A DNA stretch of 64,000 nucleotides. It comes from an uncultured delta proteobacterium. GTDB taxonomy: Bacteria; Myxococcota_A; Polyangia; Fen-1088. The translations under genes and the position numbers were made by a program. Below the pieces are notes generated by a model. That model was not told the DNA's origin, ran no database searches, and saw only the letters and a program-made list of their open reading frames with translations. The DNA lies in assembly GCA_963737265.1 (NCBI GenBank), contig CAVTRY010000016.1, forward strand, positions 384,439-448,438, given 5' to 3'. Shown in pieces: positions 31,492 through 41,610 of the stretch (its first letter is position 1; each line of letters starts with the position of its first letter).

Positions 31492-32100
31492 ATGAGTACC
31501 GACAACGTTCAGGCAGCCAAGACAGCGAGCAGAAGATCCACAATTATCGGCGTCACCACCCTGGTGGCTGGCGTCTTCATCGGGCTGACCGCGATGAAGT
31601 ACTTGGATGGCCACTCCAAGGCCATGGCGGCGACGCAACCGACCCAATCATCTGCGGCCTCTCCTAGCAAGAGGCAGCAAGGGCCAGGTGAATGGAATCC
31701 ATTCCAGGAGATGCGCGATATGCAATTGCATATGGACCAGATGTTCGACTGGATGACCGCTCAGTTCCATGCGGAACCCAAGTTGAGCCTGTTCCCGGAG
31801 AATCCTGGCTATTCGCTATCACTCCGTGTCCAGGATATGAAGGATCACTATGAGGTTCGAGCCTATCTGCCGAATGCCAACGCTTCGGATGTCAACGTCA
31901 AACTGGTGAACAATCGAACGTTGCAGGTCGACGTCACCAACAAGAGCACTCGGCCAGCCAGTCAAAAAACCGCGGGCACGCAGGTCACTCAATGGGGCGA
32001 ATATGCACAGACCATCCAGCTACCAGCGGCAGTGAAGACCGAGCAGATGAAGATCGATCATCAGAGCCATGAATTGCTCATCACCTTGCCCAAGGCATAA
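31492..32100 (+). CDS. Hsp20/alpha-crystallin family protein with N-terminal TM segment
   Basis: WNPFQEMRDMQ..MDQMF, YEVRAYLP, GEYAQTIQLP, LLITLPK; purine-rich RBS. Confidence 0.8.
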   Translation: MSTDNVQAAKTASRRSTIIGVTTLVAGVFIGLTAMKYLDGHSKAMAATQPTQSSAASPSKRQQGPGEWNPFQEMRDMQLHMDQMFDWMTAQFHAEPKLSLFPENPGYSLSLRVQDMKDHYEVRAYLPNANASDVNVKLVNNRTLQVDVTNKSTRPASQKTAGTQVTQWGEYAQTIQLPAAVKTEQMKIDHQSHELLITLPKA

Positions 32101-32133
32101 CTGCATCTCTGGGCTTGGACGCCTGGGCAGTCG

Positions 32134-32271
32134 ATGGAGCAACTGGGTGTTTCGAAGGCTCAGCTCAAGACCGTGAGTTATGGAAAGGACCGTCCACTTT
32201 GTTCCCAACACAACGAAGAATGCTGGGCGAAGAACCGTCGCGCCGCTTTGAAGCCGAAAGAAACACGCTGA
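32134..32271 (+). pseudogene. Pal/OmpA lipoprotein C-terminal remnant
   Basis: EQLGVSKAQLKTVSYGKDRPLCSQHNEECWAKNRRAALKPKETR* closely matches the C-terminus of 45410-45982. Confidence 0.8.
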
Positions 32272-32300
32272 AGAGGGGCCTACAGAGGCGCATGCGCTCG

Positions 32301-32570
32301 CTAGCCCGTGGGCAATCGAAAGCTGAAGGTCGACCCGACGCCCAGCTCGCTCTGAACCTCGGTCTGTCCCCGGTGAGCTTCCACGATTGCCTTGACGACG
32401 CCGAGCCCAAGCCCCAGCCCACGCTCGCTCCGGCTTTGATCTGAGCGATGGAGACGCTGCCAGATCCGCGGCAGATCCTCGGCAGAGATCCGCATGCCCG
32501 TATCCTTGACGGCAAGAGATGCCCCAGGCTCGGCGCGCGCCGTGGTGACCTCGACCTGTCCCCCGGGCCG
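32301..32570 (-). pseudogene. histidine kinase HATPase_c C-terminal remnant
   Basis: VKDTG, GLGLGL.VVKAIVEAHRG, SELGVGSTF; no H-box or N-terminal part. Confidence 0.75.
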
Positions 32571-32666
32571 GTCCCCCGGCCGGCGTGTACTAGATGGCGC
32601 TATCAATGAGGTTTGCGACGACTTGTCGGATACGAATGGCGTCGGCTTTGACGCTTACTCCACTAG

Positions 32667-34466
32667 CTAGTCCCTAAATAGCTCCATGCCTGCGGCCAGC
32701 ACCTCCGCCACCTTTGCCATGGTCATGATCCCCAGCACTGTCGGCTCTTTCTTCTCATCGTCGACCACTGCGGCGACGGAAGCATGAGCACTCTGCATCT
32801 TGGCAAGCAACTCGAAGATGGTGGTGCTTCCTGGCACGGCGATAACGTCTTTCTGCGCGGCTTCCCCGGCCGTAGCCTCCATTTTCGTGGTGTCGGTCAT
32901 TGCCTTCGACCATCCTGGGGGCAACACGCCCACAACGCCGTCGTCATCGAGCACCACGACCCAGGCTGGTCCACCCGGTTCCGCCGCGGACCTGATATCG
33001 GACACCCGGGTCGAGGCTCCGGCCACACCTGCTTTCTCCGTGACGACCTCTGAAACATGCTGGACCATGTGCGCATTGGCTTGCAACGCCTCAGGCATAT
33101 GGTGGCCACGCCGGGTCAGCTTCATGGTGTAAATACTCTCGGCAAAGAGTACCCGCCGCAACCCGTAGCTCACCGCCACCGTCAGCGTCATGGGCAGCAC
33201 CACCGAATAGTCGAGCGTCATCTCGAAGATCATGACGATGGCGGTGAGTGCGGCGCCCGTTCCGCCGGCCACCAGTCCCGCCATGCCGGCGAGGGCCAGC
33301 GCGGACGGATCGATGTTCAAGCCGGGGAACAACGATTGAAGCCCGAGTCCGTAGGCGCCGCCGAGCGTCGCCCCCATGAACAGCGAGGGAGAAAAGATCC
33401 CCCCGGAGGCTCCGGAACCAAGCGTGAGCGACGTACACAGCAATTTCAGAAGGAACAACAATAAGAGCAGTGGAATACTGTGCAGTGTCCCGGTTAGTAC
33501 ATCCATGATGGCGGCATACCCCACGCCCTCCACGTAGTAGTGTCCGGTGGTCTTCATCAACGCGACGAATACCAGCCCCACCACGAGCATGCCCAAGGTG
33601 TGGCGCAGATATTCTCGACGAGGTATCCAGCGTTCGAAGAGATCTTCGGCCCCGTAGAGACAACGGATGAACACCACGGACACCAAAGCCATGAGCACGC
33701 CAAGCCCCAGATAAGCCGGAAGCAGCACGGCTCCCGTGCCGGTCGGCATGTGCAGCTCGGGGACTAGGAACGCAGGGTGATTGCCGAAGAGGAACATGCC
33801 CACGTAGGTGGCGGTGGCCGTGGCGATGGCGACAGGCACCAGTGTCCGCACGCTTACCTCGTGCATCAGCACTTCCACCGCGAAGAGCACGCCGCCGATA
33901 GGCGTGTTGAACGTGGCCGCGATGCCCGCTCCGCCTCCCGCAGCCACCAGCGTGGCCAGCTCCCAGCGCGAGACGCGAACGCGTTGCCCCATCCACGAGG
34001 CAACCGCCGCGCCTATCTGGATGATAGGGCCCTCGCGGCCCACCGCACCGCCGGTTCCGATTGAAAGCGCCGAGGCTACGGACTTCACAGCCGCAACGAC
34101 AGGCCGAATGACACCTCTATGATAGTAGATAGCGTCCATCACCTCGGGCACGCCGTGTCCGCGCGCTTCCGGGGCAAAGTGCTTGGTCAAGAAGACCACA
34201 AGCACGGCGCCAACCACGGGCGCCAGTACCACCGCCATGCCCCACGGCCCGGGCGGCGTGTGGATGTTGGAATCGTAGGCTGCAGAAAATTGGCCGAGAA
34301 AAGCCAGGTTGTGGACCACGCCGATGAGCACTCGGAACGCATAGGATCCAAACCCGGTCACCACGCCTAGCAGGGCGGAAAGCAAGGCAAGCCACAGTGA
34401 AATCCAGCGACTCCGCTTGCCTGAGGGCAATCGACTTGTCGCACCGGGACTGGAGGTCTCAGCCAT
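32667..34466 (-). CDS. ClC chloride channel/H+ antiporter with CBS-like tail
   Basis: GHGVPEV, GREGP, FNTPIGG, GGIFSP. Confidence 0.92.
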   Translation of the reverse strand: MAETSSPGATSRLPSGKRSRWISLWLALLSALLGVVTGFGSYAFRVLIGVVHNLAFLGQFSAAYDSNIHTPPGPWGMAVVLAPVVGAVLVVFLTKHFAPEARGHGVPEVMDAIYYHRGVIRPVVAAVKSVASALSIGTGGAVGREGPIIQIGAAVASWMGQRVRVSRWELATLVAAGGGAGIAATFNTPIGGVLFAVEVLMHEVSVRTLVPVAIATATATYVGMFLFGNHPAFLVPELHMPTGTGAVLLPAYLGLGVLMALVSVVFIRCLYGAEDLFERWIPRREYLRHTLGMLVVGLVFVALMKTTGHYYVEGVGYAAIMDVLTGTLHSIPLLLLLFLLKLLCTSLTLGSGASGGIFSPSLFMGATLGGAYGLGLQSLFPGLNIDPSALALAGMAGLVAGGTGAALTAIVMIFEMTLDYSVVLPMTLTVAVSYGLRRVLFAESIYTMKLTRRGHHMPEALQANAHMVQHVSEVVTEKAGVAGASTRVSDIRSAAEPGGPAWVVVLDDDGVVGVLPPGWSKAMTDTTKMEATAGEAAQKDVIAVPGSTTIFELLAKMQSAHASVAAVVDDEKKEPTVLGIMTMAKVAEVLAAGMELFRD

Positions 34467-34531
34467 GGCTCCTTATGCTGACGTTCTCTGTGGCTCGCGT
34501 CCAATGCGAATTCTGTCGTGCGGGCAGAGGA

Positions 34532-36757
34532 CTACAAGACCGGCGCGGATTTTCCTGAACCGGCGAGGTGTTTGTGTTGGCCACCGAGGAGGTCAGCGTA
34601 GTCTGCCAATATCTTCGTGGCTTCGTTCAGGATGATGTCGCTATCCGGAGAGCGGCCGGTCGCCACCTGGCCCAGCTCGACTTCGGGGGACGATGATTTT
34701 GCCTCCTTTGCCTCGCTGGTACTCTCTTTCGCCACCATGGGCGGTGGCAAGCCGGGCAAGGAGGCATTCTTGAGCGTGATCTCATAGGTCGTCGGACGAA
34801 CCGAGGGCTTCGCCCGCTCTTCCAGTTCGCGCTCCGCCTTGCGCGCCTTGATCTGCGCCAACTCTTGCCGGCGCTCTGCTTCGTTGAGCGAAACAGATTT
34901 ATCCTCCATGCTCTTCTTGAGCCGAGCGATATCGTCGGCCAAATAGGCGAACTCCTTTTCCGTCTTCACCCGCTTTAGGGATCTCTCCCGCAGGGTGCCA
35001 AGATAGGGCTGAACGCGATTCAGCTGTTCGTGAAGTGCTGGGGCCACTGCGTCCCAAGGCAATGGGTGCTTCAGCACCGATTCGTTTACGTCGCTCAAGT
35101 CGCTGGGCGAAGGCAGAACGATATCGGAGACGACACCGTGCAACTGCGTAGAAGCACCATCCGGTCGATAGAACTTGCTGATGGTAACCTTGAGCGCACC
35201 CGGGTCATACGCGTGCGAAAGACCAGCCCTATCCATCACGAGCGCCAAGGGCAGAATGCTCTGCACGGTTCCTTTTCCGAAGGTCGACGAATCGCCCACG
35301 ACCACGGCGCGTCCGTAGTCTTGCAAGGCGCCGACCAGGATCTCCGAGGCAGAGGCACTGAACCGGCTGGTCAGCAACACCAGCGGCCCGCCATACTGCA
35401 CGGCGGGATCTCCATCCGAACCCACGTCGATGTTCCCCGCAAAGCCCCGCGTCTGTACCACTGGCCCCTGGCGAATGAACAAGCCGGTCAGCTTGATGGC
35501 CTCGTCGAGCGAACCACCACCATTGGCACGCAAATCCAGCACCACCCCGCGAACGTGCTCCGCCTTCAACTTGCTCAGCAACGTCGCAACATCCGCGGTT
35601 GCGCTGCGAGCGCCACCCCGGCCTCGCATGTCTGCATAGAAGGATGGAAGATCGATGACGCCCAGGCGAACCGTGGTGCCCTGCCCCGTCGGCAAGTCCA
35701 GAATCTGGGCCTTTGCCTGCTGGTCTTCCAGATTGATTTCATCCCGCACGAGAGAGACGGCCTTCCGCGGCGCCGACTCGGCCGCTCCCACGGGTAAAAT
35801 CGTCAGACTCACCGTCGATCCTTTCGGACCGCGTATTAATTCCACCGTGCGGGAGAGAGGCATGTTCGAGATGTCGACGGGCTCCCCACGCGCTTGCGCC
35901 ACGGCGAGGATGCGGTCGCCCGGTTTGAGTAGACCACTTCGCATCGCGGGCCCACCCGGTATAAGCTCGTGAATCTTGCAATAGCCATCTTCGGTCTCCA
36001 GGGTCGCACCAATGCCAAAGAGCGAGAGATTCATGGAAATGTTCAGGCTTTCCATCTCTTCATGACCTAGATAGTCCGAGTGCGGGTCGAACACGTGCGC
36101 GAGTGAATTCAGGTAGATCTCCAGCACCTCGTCGCCGTGGAGAGCCTTCATCGTCGCCAACTGTTGCGCCTTCCTGCGCATCAAGGTGCTCACGATTTGC
36201 TCCGGCCGCTTGTCGGCCAACTTTTCCTGCAAGTACTCAGCCCGCAGCTCCTGCCGCCAGAGCGACTGGGCCTCTGGTAGATCGCGGGGCCGCCGCGCGT
36301 GCTCCCGATTATAGGAGTAGACATCGTGGCCCGTGAAATCGAACTTCGCACTCCGCAGCAAGTCGGTGGTGTAGGCCGCCCTTTGCCCCAGCCGCTGCAG
36401 AAAGCGATTGAAAATGGCGTGGGCCGCGCTGGTATCCCCAGCCCCGTGGGTGGCCTGTGCCAGGGTCGCGCGGTAAGCCGCAAAAGCCTCTATGTCTGAT
36501 TGCAGAAACAGGGACCGCGACCAGTCCAGATCATCGAGATAGCGATCCAGAAAGTTTCCCGCCAGATCGTTATCGATCGGGTGATGGGCGAACTGCGATT
36601 GTTCCAAAATTCCTGCCGTAATCCGGGTGATATTGGCCTCGGTTGCGTCCGCGATGGCCCTCTTCGATGCTTCCTGAGCCCCCCACCCCATCGTGTTGGT
36701 GACGATGGCAAGCACGAGTGCGGCCAGGAGAGAGGTGATTCTGAAACAAGACTTCAT
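34532..36757 (-). CDS. prc: carboxy-terminal processing (tail-specific) protease, S41 family with PDZ
   Basis: DPHSDY, GIGA PDZ, DLRANGGG, SASASEI, FGKGTVQ. Confidence 0.92.
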   Translation of the reverse strand: MKSCFRITSLLAALVLAIVTNTMGWGAQEASKRAIADATEANITRITAGILEQSQFAHHPIDNDLAGNFLDRYLDDLDWSRSLFLQSDIEAFAAYRATLAQATHGAGDTSAAHAIFNRFLQRLGQRAAYTTDLLRSAKFDFTGHDVYSYNREHARRPRDLPEAQSLWRQELRAEYLQEKLADKRPEQIVSTLMRRKAQQLATMKALHGDEVLEIYLNSLAHVFDPHSDYLGHEEMESLNISMNLSLFGIGATLETEDGYCKIHELIPGGPAMRSGLLKPGDRILAVAQARGEPVDISNMPLSRTVELIRGPKGSTVSLTILPVGAAESAPRKAVSLVRDEINLEDQQAKAQILDLPTGQGTTVRLGVIDLPSFYADMRGRGGARSATADVATLLSKLKAEHVRGVVLDLRANGGGSLDEAIKLTGLFIRQGPVVQTRGFAGNIDVGSDGDPAVQYGGPLVLLTSRFSASASEILVGALQDYGRAVVVGDSSTFGKGTVQSILPLALVMDRAGLSHAYDPGALKVTISKFYRPDGASTQLHGVVSDIVLPSPSDLSDVNESVLKHPLPWDAVAPALHEQLNRVQPYLGTLRERSLKRVKTEKEFAYLADDIARLKKSMEDKSVSLNEAERRQELAQIKARKAERELEERAKPSVRPTTYEITLKNASLPGLPPPMVAKESTSEAKEAKSSSPEVELGQVATGRSPDSDIILNEATKILADYADLLGGQHKHLAGSGKSAPVL

Positions 36758-36911
36758 CGAGCCTCCGAAGTGTTGATGGCACTGGCACGGCAGAGGAGAG
36801 TCGATATCCAACCTGTCGTGCACCTTGTCCCTAGGCTAGGCAAAGCTGATTGCCCGCACCTGGCACCAACATTACAAGGTTGAAGGGTAAGGTACTTCAC
36901 CCGTCATGTTG

Positions 36912-36927
36912 TGCATGCTCGGTGCCA
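36912..36927 (-). promoter_or_regulatory. sigma54 -24/-12 promoter for prc-ClC
   Basis: TGGCAC-CGAGC-ATGCA. Confidence 0.6.
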
Positions 36928-36979
36928 GTTGCTCGAAGCAATCGCGCAGCTATGACGTCTTCGTTGGGCTTGTACGCCC

Positions 36980-37011
36980 GTAGCGTTCTGCCACGCGCGG
37001 CGATTTGCCAC
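36980..37011. promoter_or_regulatory. tandem palindromic putative enhancer (copy 5)
   Basis: GTAGCGTTCTGCCAC-GC-GCGGCGATTTGCCAC, between divergent sigma54 boxes. Confidence 0.6.
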
Positions 37012-37109
37012 GGACTGGAAATGCCACCTCTGGCGCTCTCGATTGCTGGCCTACCTCTCGCGAGCCATCAACAGACTCGTATCAGCAAACGCGCGCCGGT
37101 GTAAACCGT

Positions 37110-37125
37110 CGGCATAATCGATGCA
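37110..37125 (+). promoter_or_regulatory. sigma54 -24/-12 promoter
   Basis: CGGCAT-AATCG-ATGCA. Confidence 0.55.
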
Positions 37126-37137
37126 GGGTTTCGAGCC

Positions 37138-37359
37138 ATGGAAAAAGATCCAATAGTCGGCGAAATGCTGAAGCAATCAAGGATGGGCCGCGGAGCGCGA
37201 GCGGCGATTATGGCGGCGGTCATGGTCCTATTTGCCATCCTGGTGGGCGCGGTAGCCACCGGGTTCCGCAGCAGGCACATCTCGCAGAACACCACGGCGA
37301 TGACAACACCACTTGCCAGTCACAGCAAGGCTCGGTGGCACCCATGGTGGTTGCAGTAA
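37138..37359 (+). CDS. small single-TM protein with Trp-rich C-terminus (paralog of 40056-)
   Basis: DP..GE..K, TM segment, GF..RHIS.N and W.PW motifs shared with the second copy. Confidence 0.6.
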   Translation: MEKDPIVGEMLKQSRMGRGARAAIMAAVMVLFAILVGAVATGFRSRHISQNTTAMTTPLASHSKARWHPWWLQ

Positions 37360-37404
37360 GTTCCTGCGCCGAACGACATGGAAGAACAATCGTGAAAGGA
37401 ACAA

Positions 37405-38009
37405 CATGAACCGGAACCGCTTAACGATTACAATTCGTCGGAGTAGACCCAGCGGACCGTCCACGGACACGGACGTCAAGGCGCAGTTGAAAGCGGTCTT
37501 GCTGTGGGATCCAGACCTGTCCAGCTCTGCGATCGACCTGGCAGTCATCGATCACGTAGTGTACCTTTCCGGCGCGGTGGAGTCAGGTCTTCAGAAGGCT
37601 GAAGCCCAAGATGATGCTTCGCGGACCAAGGGTGTGGTCTCGGTCGTCAACCATCTGAAGGTCGAGCCGGCATACGAGGTTTCGTACTACGGGTATCCCG
37701 ATTATCTTGGTTACGGGTGGCCGTATTACGATTACAACCAGTCGCCCGATTACTTTTCCGAGGGCATTGGGCCTCGGGCATTCCTGAGCGACGAAACGAT
37801 CAAGAAAAATATCGAGAAGTCCCCTTTTGGGGAGCCCGTTCGTGCGCAGCCAGGATATTAAGGTCGTTGTGAATGGTGCAGTGGCCACACTAACCGGCAC
37901 GGTCGGGACATGGATTGGCTGGAACGAGGCTGACAAGGACGCCCGCAAAGGGGGTGCCACGGCCGTGTCGAACTGAGTCAAGGTCAAGCAAGGTGCCTGG
38001 TGGTGGTAA
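37405..38009 (+). pseudogene. BON-domain protein remnant (last two BON domains), frameshift and stop
   Basis: Paralogous to the C-terminus of 38482-40017 (LLWDP.L.SS, QKAEAQD.ASRTKGV, GTVGTW.GW.EADK). Confidence 0.8.
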
Positions 38010-38113
38010 GAAAGGAGCGATCATGAAATCCCTTCCCCGATTGTCACTAAAAGTGGAAGAAGCGCGCTGAGGCCGAGGGAAGCTGGGATCCACACCTATG
38101 CAGCACTTCCGAC

Positions 38114-38476
38114 ATGACCGGCCATAGGGCCGAGGCCACGGATGGCGCGATAGGCCACATCGAGGATTTCGTCATCGACGACAAGACCTGGGCTATACGC
38201 TATCTCGTTCTCGACACGCGCAATTGGTGGCCGGGAAAGCGCGTGCTTGTTTCCCCACAATGGATTGAGTATGTCAGTTGGACGGGCTCGAAGGCTGTCA
38301 TCAATCATACGCGCGAGGCTATCGAGCATTCACCAGAATTCACGAAGGAATCGGCGCTAACCCGCGACTATGAGGATGCCCTGCATCGCCATTACAATCG
38401 TCGCGGATATTGGACGGACGCGGCTCCCTCGCAACAAGACCGGAGCCGGTCCGTGTCACCACCTGAGAAGGAGTAA
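38114..38476 (+). pseudogene. PRC-barrel protein, C-terminal half
   Basis: EATDGAIGHIEDFVIDDKTWAIRYLVLDTRNWWPGKRVL, TREAIEHSPE, YEDALHRHY...YW. Confidence 0.75.
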
Positions 38477-38481
38477 GAATC

Positions 38482-40017
38482 ATGCGTTGCAAAAGCATTG
38501 GCCGATGGTTTGCCGTTCTGCTGGTTGCGACGAGCATGCAGACTATGCTCTCAGCGCCGGTACAAGCCGCTCCAGCGACGAAAAAGATCACCGACGGTGG
38601 CATTACCTTTGCCGTTGAGCAGGAATTGGTATCGGAGAAAGGTGTGTTCCCCAATTTTGTGGATGTCACCACTACCGATGGGATCGTAACGCTTTCCGGA
38701 AGCGTGATTGACCTCCTTGCCAAGGACCGTGCGCTCAAGATCGCAGAAAGCCTTCGAGGCGTGCGGGCAGTGGTCGACCAGCTCACCGTAGCGTCCCAGC
38801 CCCGCTCCGATGAGGCTATCCGCAAGGATGTTGCCTCGGCGCTCCTGCAAGATCCCGCGACGGAGTCCTATCGGGTGACTGTTTCCGTAAGGAACGCCGT
38901 AGCCATACTGACCGGTAGCGTTGGTTCCTACACCGAGAAGCAACTGGTCGCGCGAATCGTTAAGGGCGTAAGGGGCGTCAAAGAGGTCGTCAACGATGTC
39001 ACGATCGACTATCAGGCCAAGCGCACGGACACGGAGATTGCGGCCGACGTCAAATCTCGATTCCAGTGGGACATCTGGCTTGACGGAGACCTGGTCAAAT
39101 CAGCGGTGCAAGCCGGCAACGTGACTCTCAGCGGAACCGTCGGCAGCGCCGTCGGCAAATCGCGCGCGCACGACGATGCCTGGGTAGCCGGTGTCGCTTC
39201 CGTGGACGATGGCGGCCTGAAGGTCGAAACCTGGGCCCGTGACGACATGAAGCGCCAGATGAAGTACCCCATACGGTCCGACGAGGAGATCAAGAATGCC
39301 GTCCGGGCAGCGCTCCGCATCGATCCGCGAGTTTCAGCGTTTTCTCCCGACGTTACCGTTGAGGCCGGAATCGTCATTCTCGGCGGCGCGGTAGGAAATT
39401 TGAAGGCGAAAATCTCAGCCGAACAAGATGTTCAAAATACCGCAGGTGCCTTGGGCGTGGACAACCTTCTGAAGGTAAGACCTAGCGGACTGTCCGCGGA
39501 TACGGATATCAAGGGGCAATTGCAAGCGGTCCTGCTCTGGGACCCGGAGCTGGACAGCTCCACTGTGAGCGTTGCCGTCGCCAATCACGTTGTGTACCTC
39601 TCCGGGACTGTGCAGTCGAATGTCCAGAAGGCTGAAGCCCAGGATGCTGCCTCGCGGACCAAAGGCGTGGCGGCCGTGGTCAACCATCTCACGGTTGAAC
39701 CTGAATTCTCCGTCTCCCAGAACGCGTGGCCGGACTACCTTGGCCACGCCTGGCCCTATTACGGCCAGACGCCCTATTACTTCTCCGAGGAATTCGGACC
39801 GCAGGCATTTCTGAGCAGCGAAAAGATAGGAAGGAACATCGAGGAGAGACTCTTTTGGAGTCCCTTCGTGCACAGAGACAATATCAAAGTCTCTGTTGAT
39901 GGGGGCGTGGCCACTTTGACCGGCACCGTGGGAACTTGGCTCGGCTGGGCCGAGGCTGACAAGGCTGCCCGCAGGAGTGGTGCGACCACCGTTTACAACC
40001 GCATTCAGGTCAAGTGA
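38482..40017 (+). CDS. secreted protein with six BON domains
   Basis: Signal peptide and six ~70-aa repeats D..I...V...L...G.V.L.G.V...GV..V.N.L.V. Confidence 0.9.
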   Translation: MRCKSIGRWFAVLLVATSMQTMLSAPVQAAPATKKITDGGITFAVEQELVSEKGVFPNFVDVTTTDGIVTLSGSVIDLLAKDRALKIAESLRGVRAVVDQLTVASQPRSDEAIRKDVASALLQDPATESYRVTVSVRNAVAILTGSVGSYTEKQLVARIVKGVRGVKEVVNDVTIDYQAKRTDTEIAADVKSRFQWDIWLDGDLVKSAVQAGNVTLSGTVGSAVGKSRAHDDAWVAGVASVDDGGLKVETWARDDMKRQMKYPIRSDEEIKNAVRAALRIDPRVSAFSPDVTVEAGIVILGGAVGNLKAKISAEQDVQNTAGALGVDNLLKVRPSGLSADTDIKGQLQAVLLWDPELDSSTVSVAVANHVVYLSGTVQSNVQKAEAQDAASRTKGVAAVVNHLTVEPEFSVSQNAWPDYLGHAWPYYGQTPYYFSEEFGPQAFLSSEKIGRNIEERLFWSPFVHRDNIKVSVDGGVATLTGTVGTWLGWAEADKAARRSGATTVYNRIQVK

Positions 40018-40055
40018 AGACCCGTGCCGCTCTCGAGCCAAAGGAGTCACGCAAA

Positions 40056-40313
40056 ATGGACGGCGATCCCACACTGAGTGAGGTGGTCAAGAAGACCGAG
40101 GTCGGGCGGACGAGACGCGTGGTGTTTCTGCTGGCTACCGTGCTCGCTGTCGCAGCTCTGACGGGGGTCGTGATCGCCGGATTCCATGGCAGACACATTT
40201 CGCGAAATGCACTGACAGCGCCTGGTGCCACGCCCACCAAGGGCGGGTGGCGGCCGTGGTGTTGGATTTCGTTAGGGCCGTACTCCGCCAGCCGCTTTTG
40301 CGCCTCGGTTTGA
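40056..40313 (+). CDS. small single-TM protein (paralog of 37138-37359), 3' end running into an antisense ATPase remnant
   Basis: AAGGAG RBS; MDGDPTLSEVVKK, TM segment, GFHGRHISRN, WRPWCW. Confidence 0.55.
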   Translation: MDGDPTLSEVVKKTEVGRTRRVVFLLATVLAVAALTGVVIAGFHGRHISRNALTAPGATPTKGGWRPWCWISLGPYSASRFCASV

Positions 40314-40408
40314 CTCAAGCCCTCTGGCGAAGACTCCAACCTTGCCAGGAGATCCGGCATGGAAAGAGATTTCAGATCCTCCTTCGCATCGGCATTTGGC
40401 GCATTCAT
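40262..40408 (-). pseudogene. P-type H+-ATPase N-terminal remnant
   Basis: LESSPEGLSQTEAQKRLAEYGPNEI is the cation ATPase N-terminal signature; nothing follows it. Confidence 0.75.
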
Positions 40409-40428
40409 GGGCGGACTTCTTTGGGGAC

Positions 40429-40692
40429 CTAGCTTGCCTGCTTCGGCTGCAAATCTGGCGTCAGCACGATGTCGATGCGCCGGTTTTTCTGGCGGTTTGC
40501 ATCCATGTCGTTGGGGGCCACGGGACGATACTCGGAGAAACCAGCGGCGCCGAGGTGCCCGGGCTTGACACCCTTTTCCTGCAGGTAACGCAAAACGGTG
40601 GTCGCCCGCGCGGTGGACAGCTCCCAGTTGGTCGGAAATTTCTCGACCAGCTTCGAGCCGATTGGGACATTATCGGTGTGCCCCTCTATCAT
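40429..40692 (-). pseudogene. MotB/OmpA-family C-terminal remnant
   Basis: IEGHTDNVP, NWELSTARA, NRQKNRRIDIV; N-terminus missing. Confidence 0.75.
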
Positions 40693-40715
40693 GATTGATC
40701 GATTGTCAATGCCCT

Positions 40716-40922
40716 TCAGGATGTTCGCAACCCTATCGAGGACCTTCCTATTTGGCAGTGCTTCTCCTCCGACGATGTTGGAGTCGCAGGCCCCCAGAAC
40801 CTCGCGGTCACTTGGCCGATGTGTTCACCAAAACGGGCCAGAGGAAAGCCCAGGCGGCGCTTAACACGATCGCGCACCTCCGGTGTGAGTTTGACACCGT
40901 TCGCCCGAATCACGATCCGCAT
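40716..40922 (-). pseudogene. HPF/RaiA-family ribosome-associated protein remnant
   Basis: MRIVIRANGVKLTPEVRDRVKRRLGF.LARF...I..V, then degenerates. Confidence 0.6.
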
Positions 40923-41055
40923 GTGGCGTATCTAGTCCGTGGCGCGCGCTTCGACTAACAGGAAATCTCAGGTGCTTCTGACGGAAAATGCGACGGCTTC
41001 TTCTTGTTTCTTCTTGTGACTTGTCATCTGCGCGCGGCGGACGTAGCTTTCGCGC

Positions 41056-41610
41056 GTGGAGTGGCTCAATTACCACCTTCTCTATTTCTGGGTCGCGGCA
41101 AAAGCTGGAAGCATCGTCGCGGCGACCAAGGAGTTGCATCTATCGCACCCGACCATCAGCGGTCAGATTCATCGCCTGGAGGAGGTCCTGGGGCAGAAGC
41201 TGTTCCTGCGCAAGGGACGAAGTCTGGTTCTGACCGACGCGGGACGAGTGGCCTATGGCTATGCCGAGGAGATACTCGCTCTCGGCCGCGAATTCATGGA
41301 CACCGTGAAGGGCCGACCGAGCGAGGGGACGCTGCGCCTGGTGGTCGGTGCCAGCGATTCCCTACCCAGATTCCCTACCCAAATCCATCGTGAACCGCAT
41401 GCTCGAGCCCGCGTTCAAGCTGGAGAAAGGCATCCGCCTCGTCTATCGCGAAGATCGCTCGACCGACTCGTTCCTTGCCGATCTGGCTTCCTATTCCATC
41501 GACGTCCTGCTTGCCAATGCGCCCGCGGCGTCCGATCTTCCAGTGCGCTCCTTCAGCCACTTGCTTGGCGAGTGTGGCACCGCCCTCCTGGCCGCCCTTG
41601 CCCTGGCCAA
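41056..41610 (+). pseudogene. nhaR: NhaR-like LysR regulator, frameshifted by a 13-bp duplication and truncated
   Basis: MEWLNYHLLYFW..AK.GSI..A..EL.LS.PTISGQI, LPKSIV, HLLGECG; GATTCCCTACCCA twice at 41356-41381. Confidence 0.75.
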
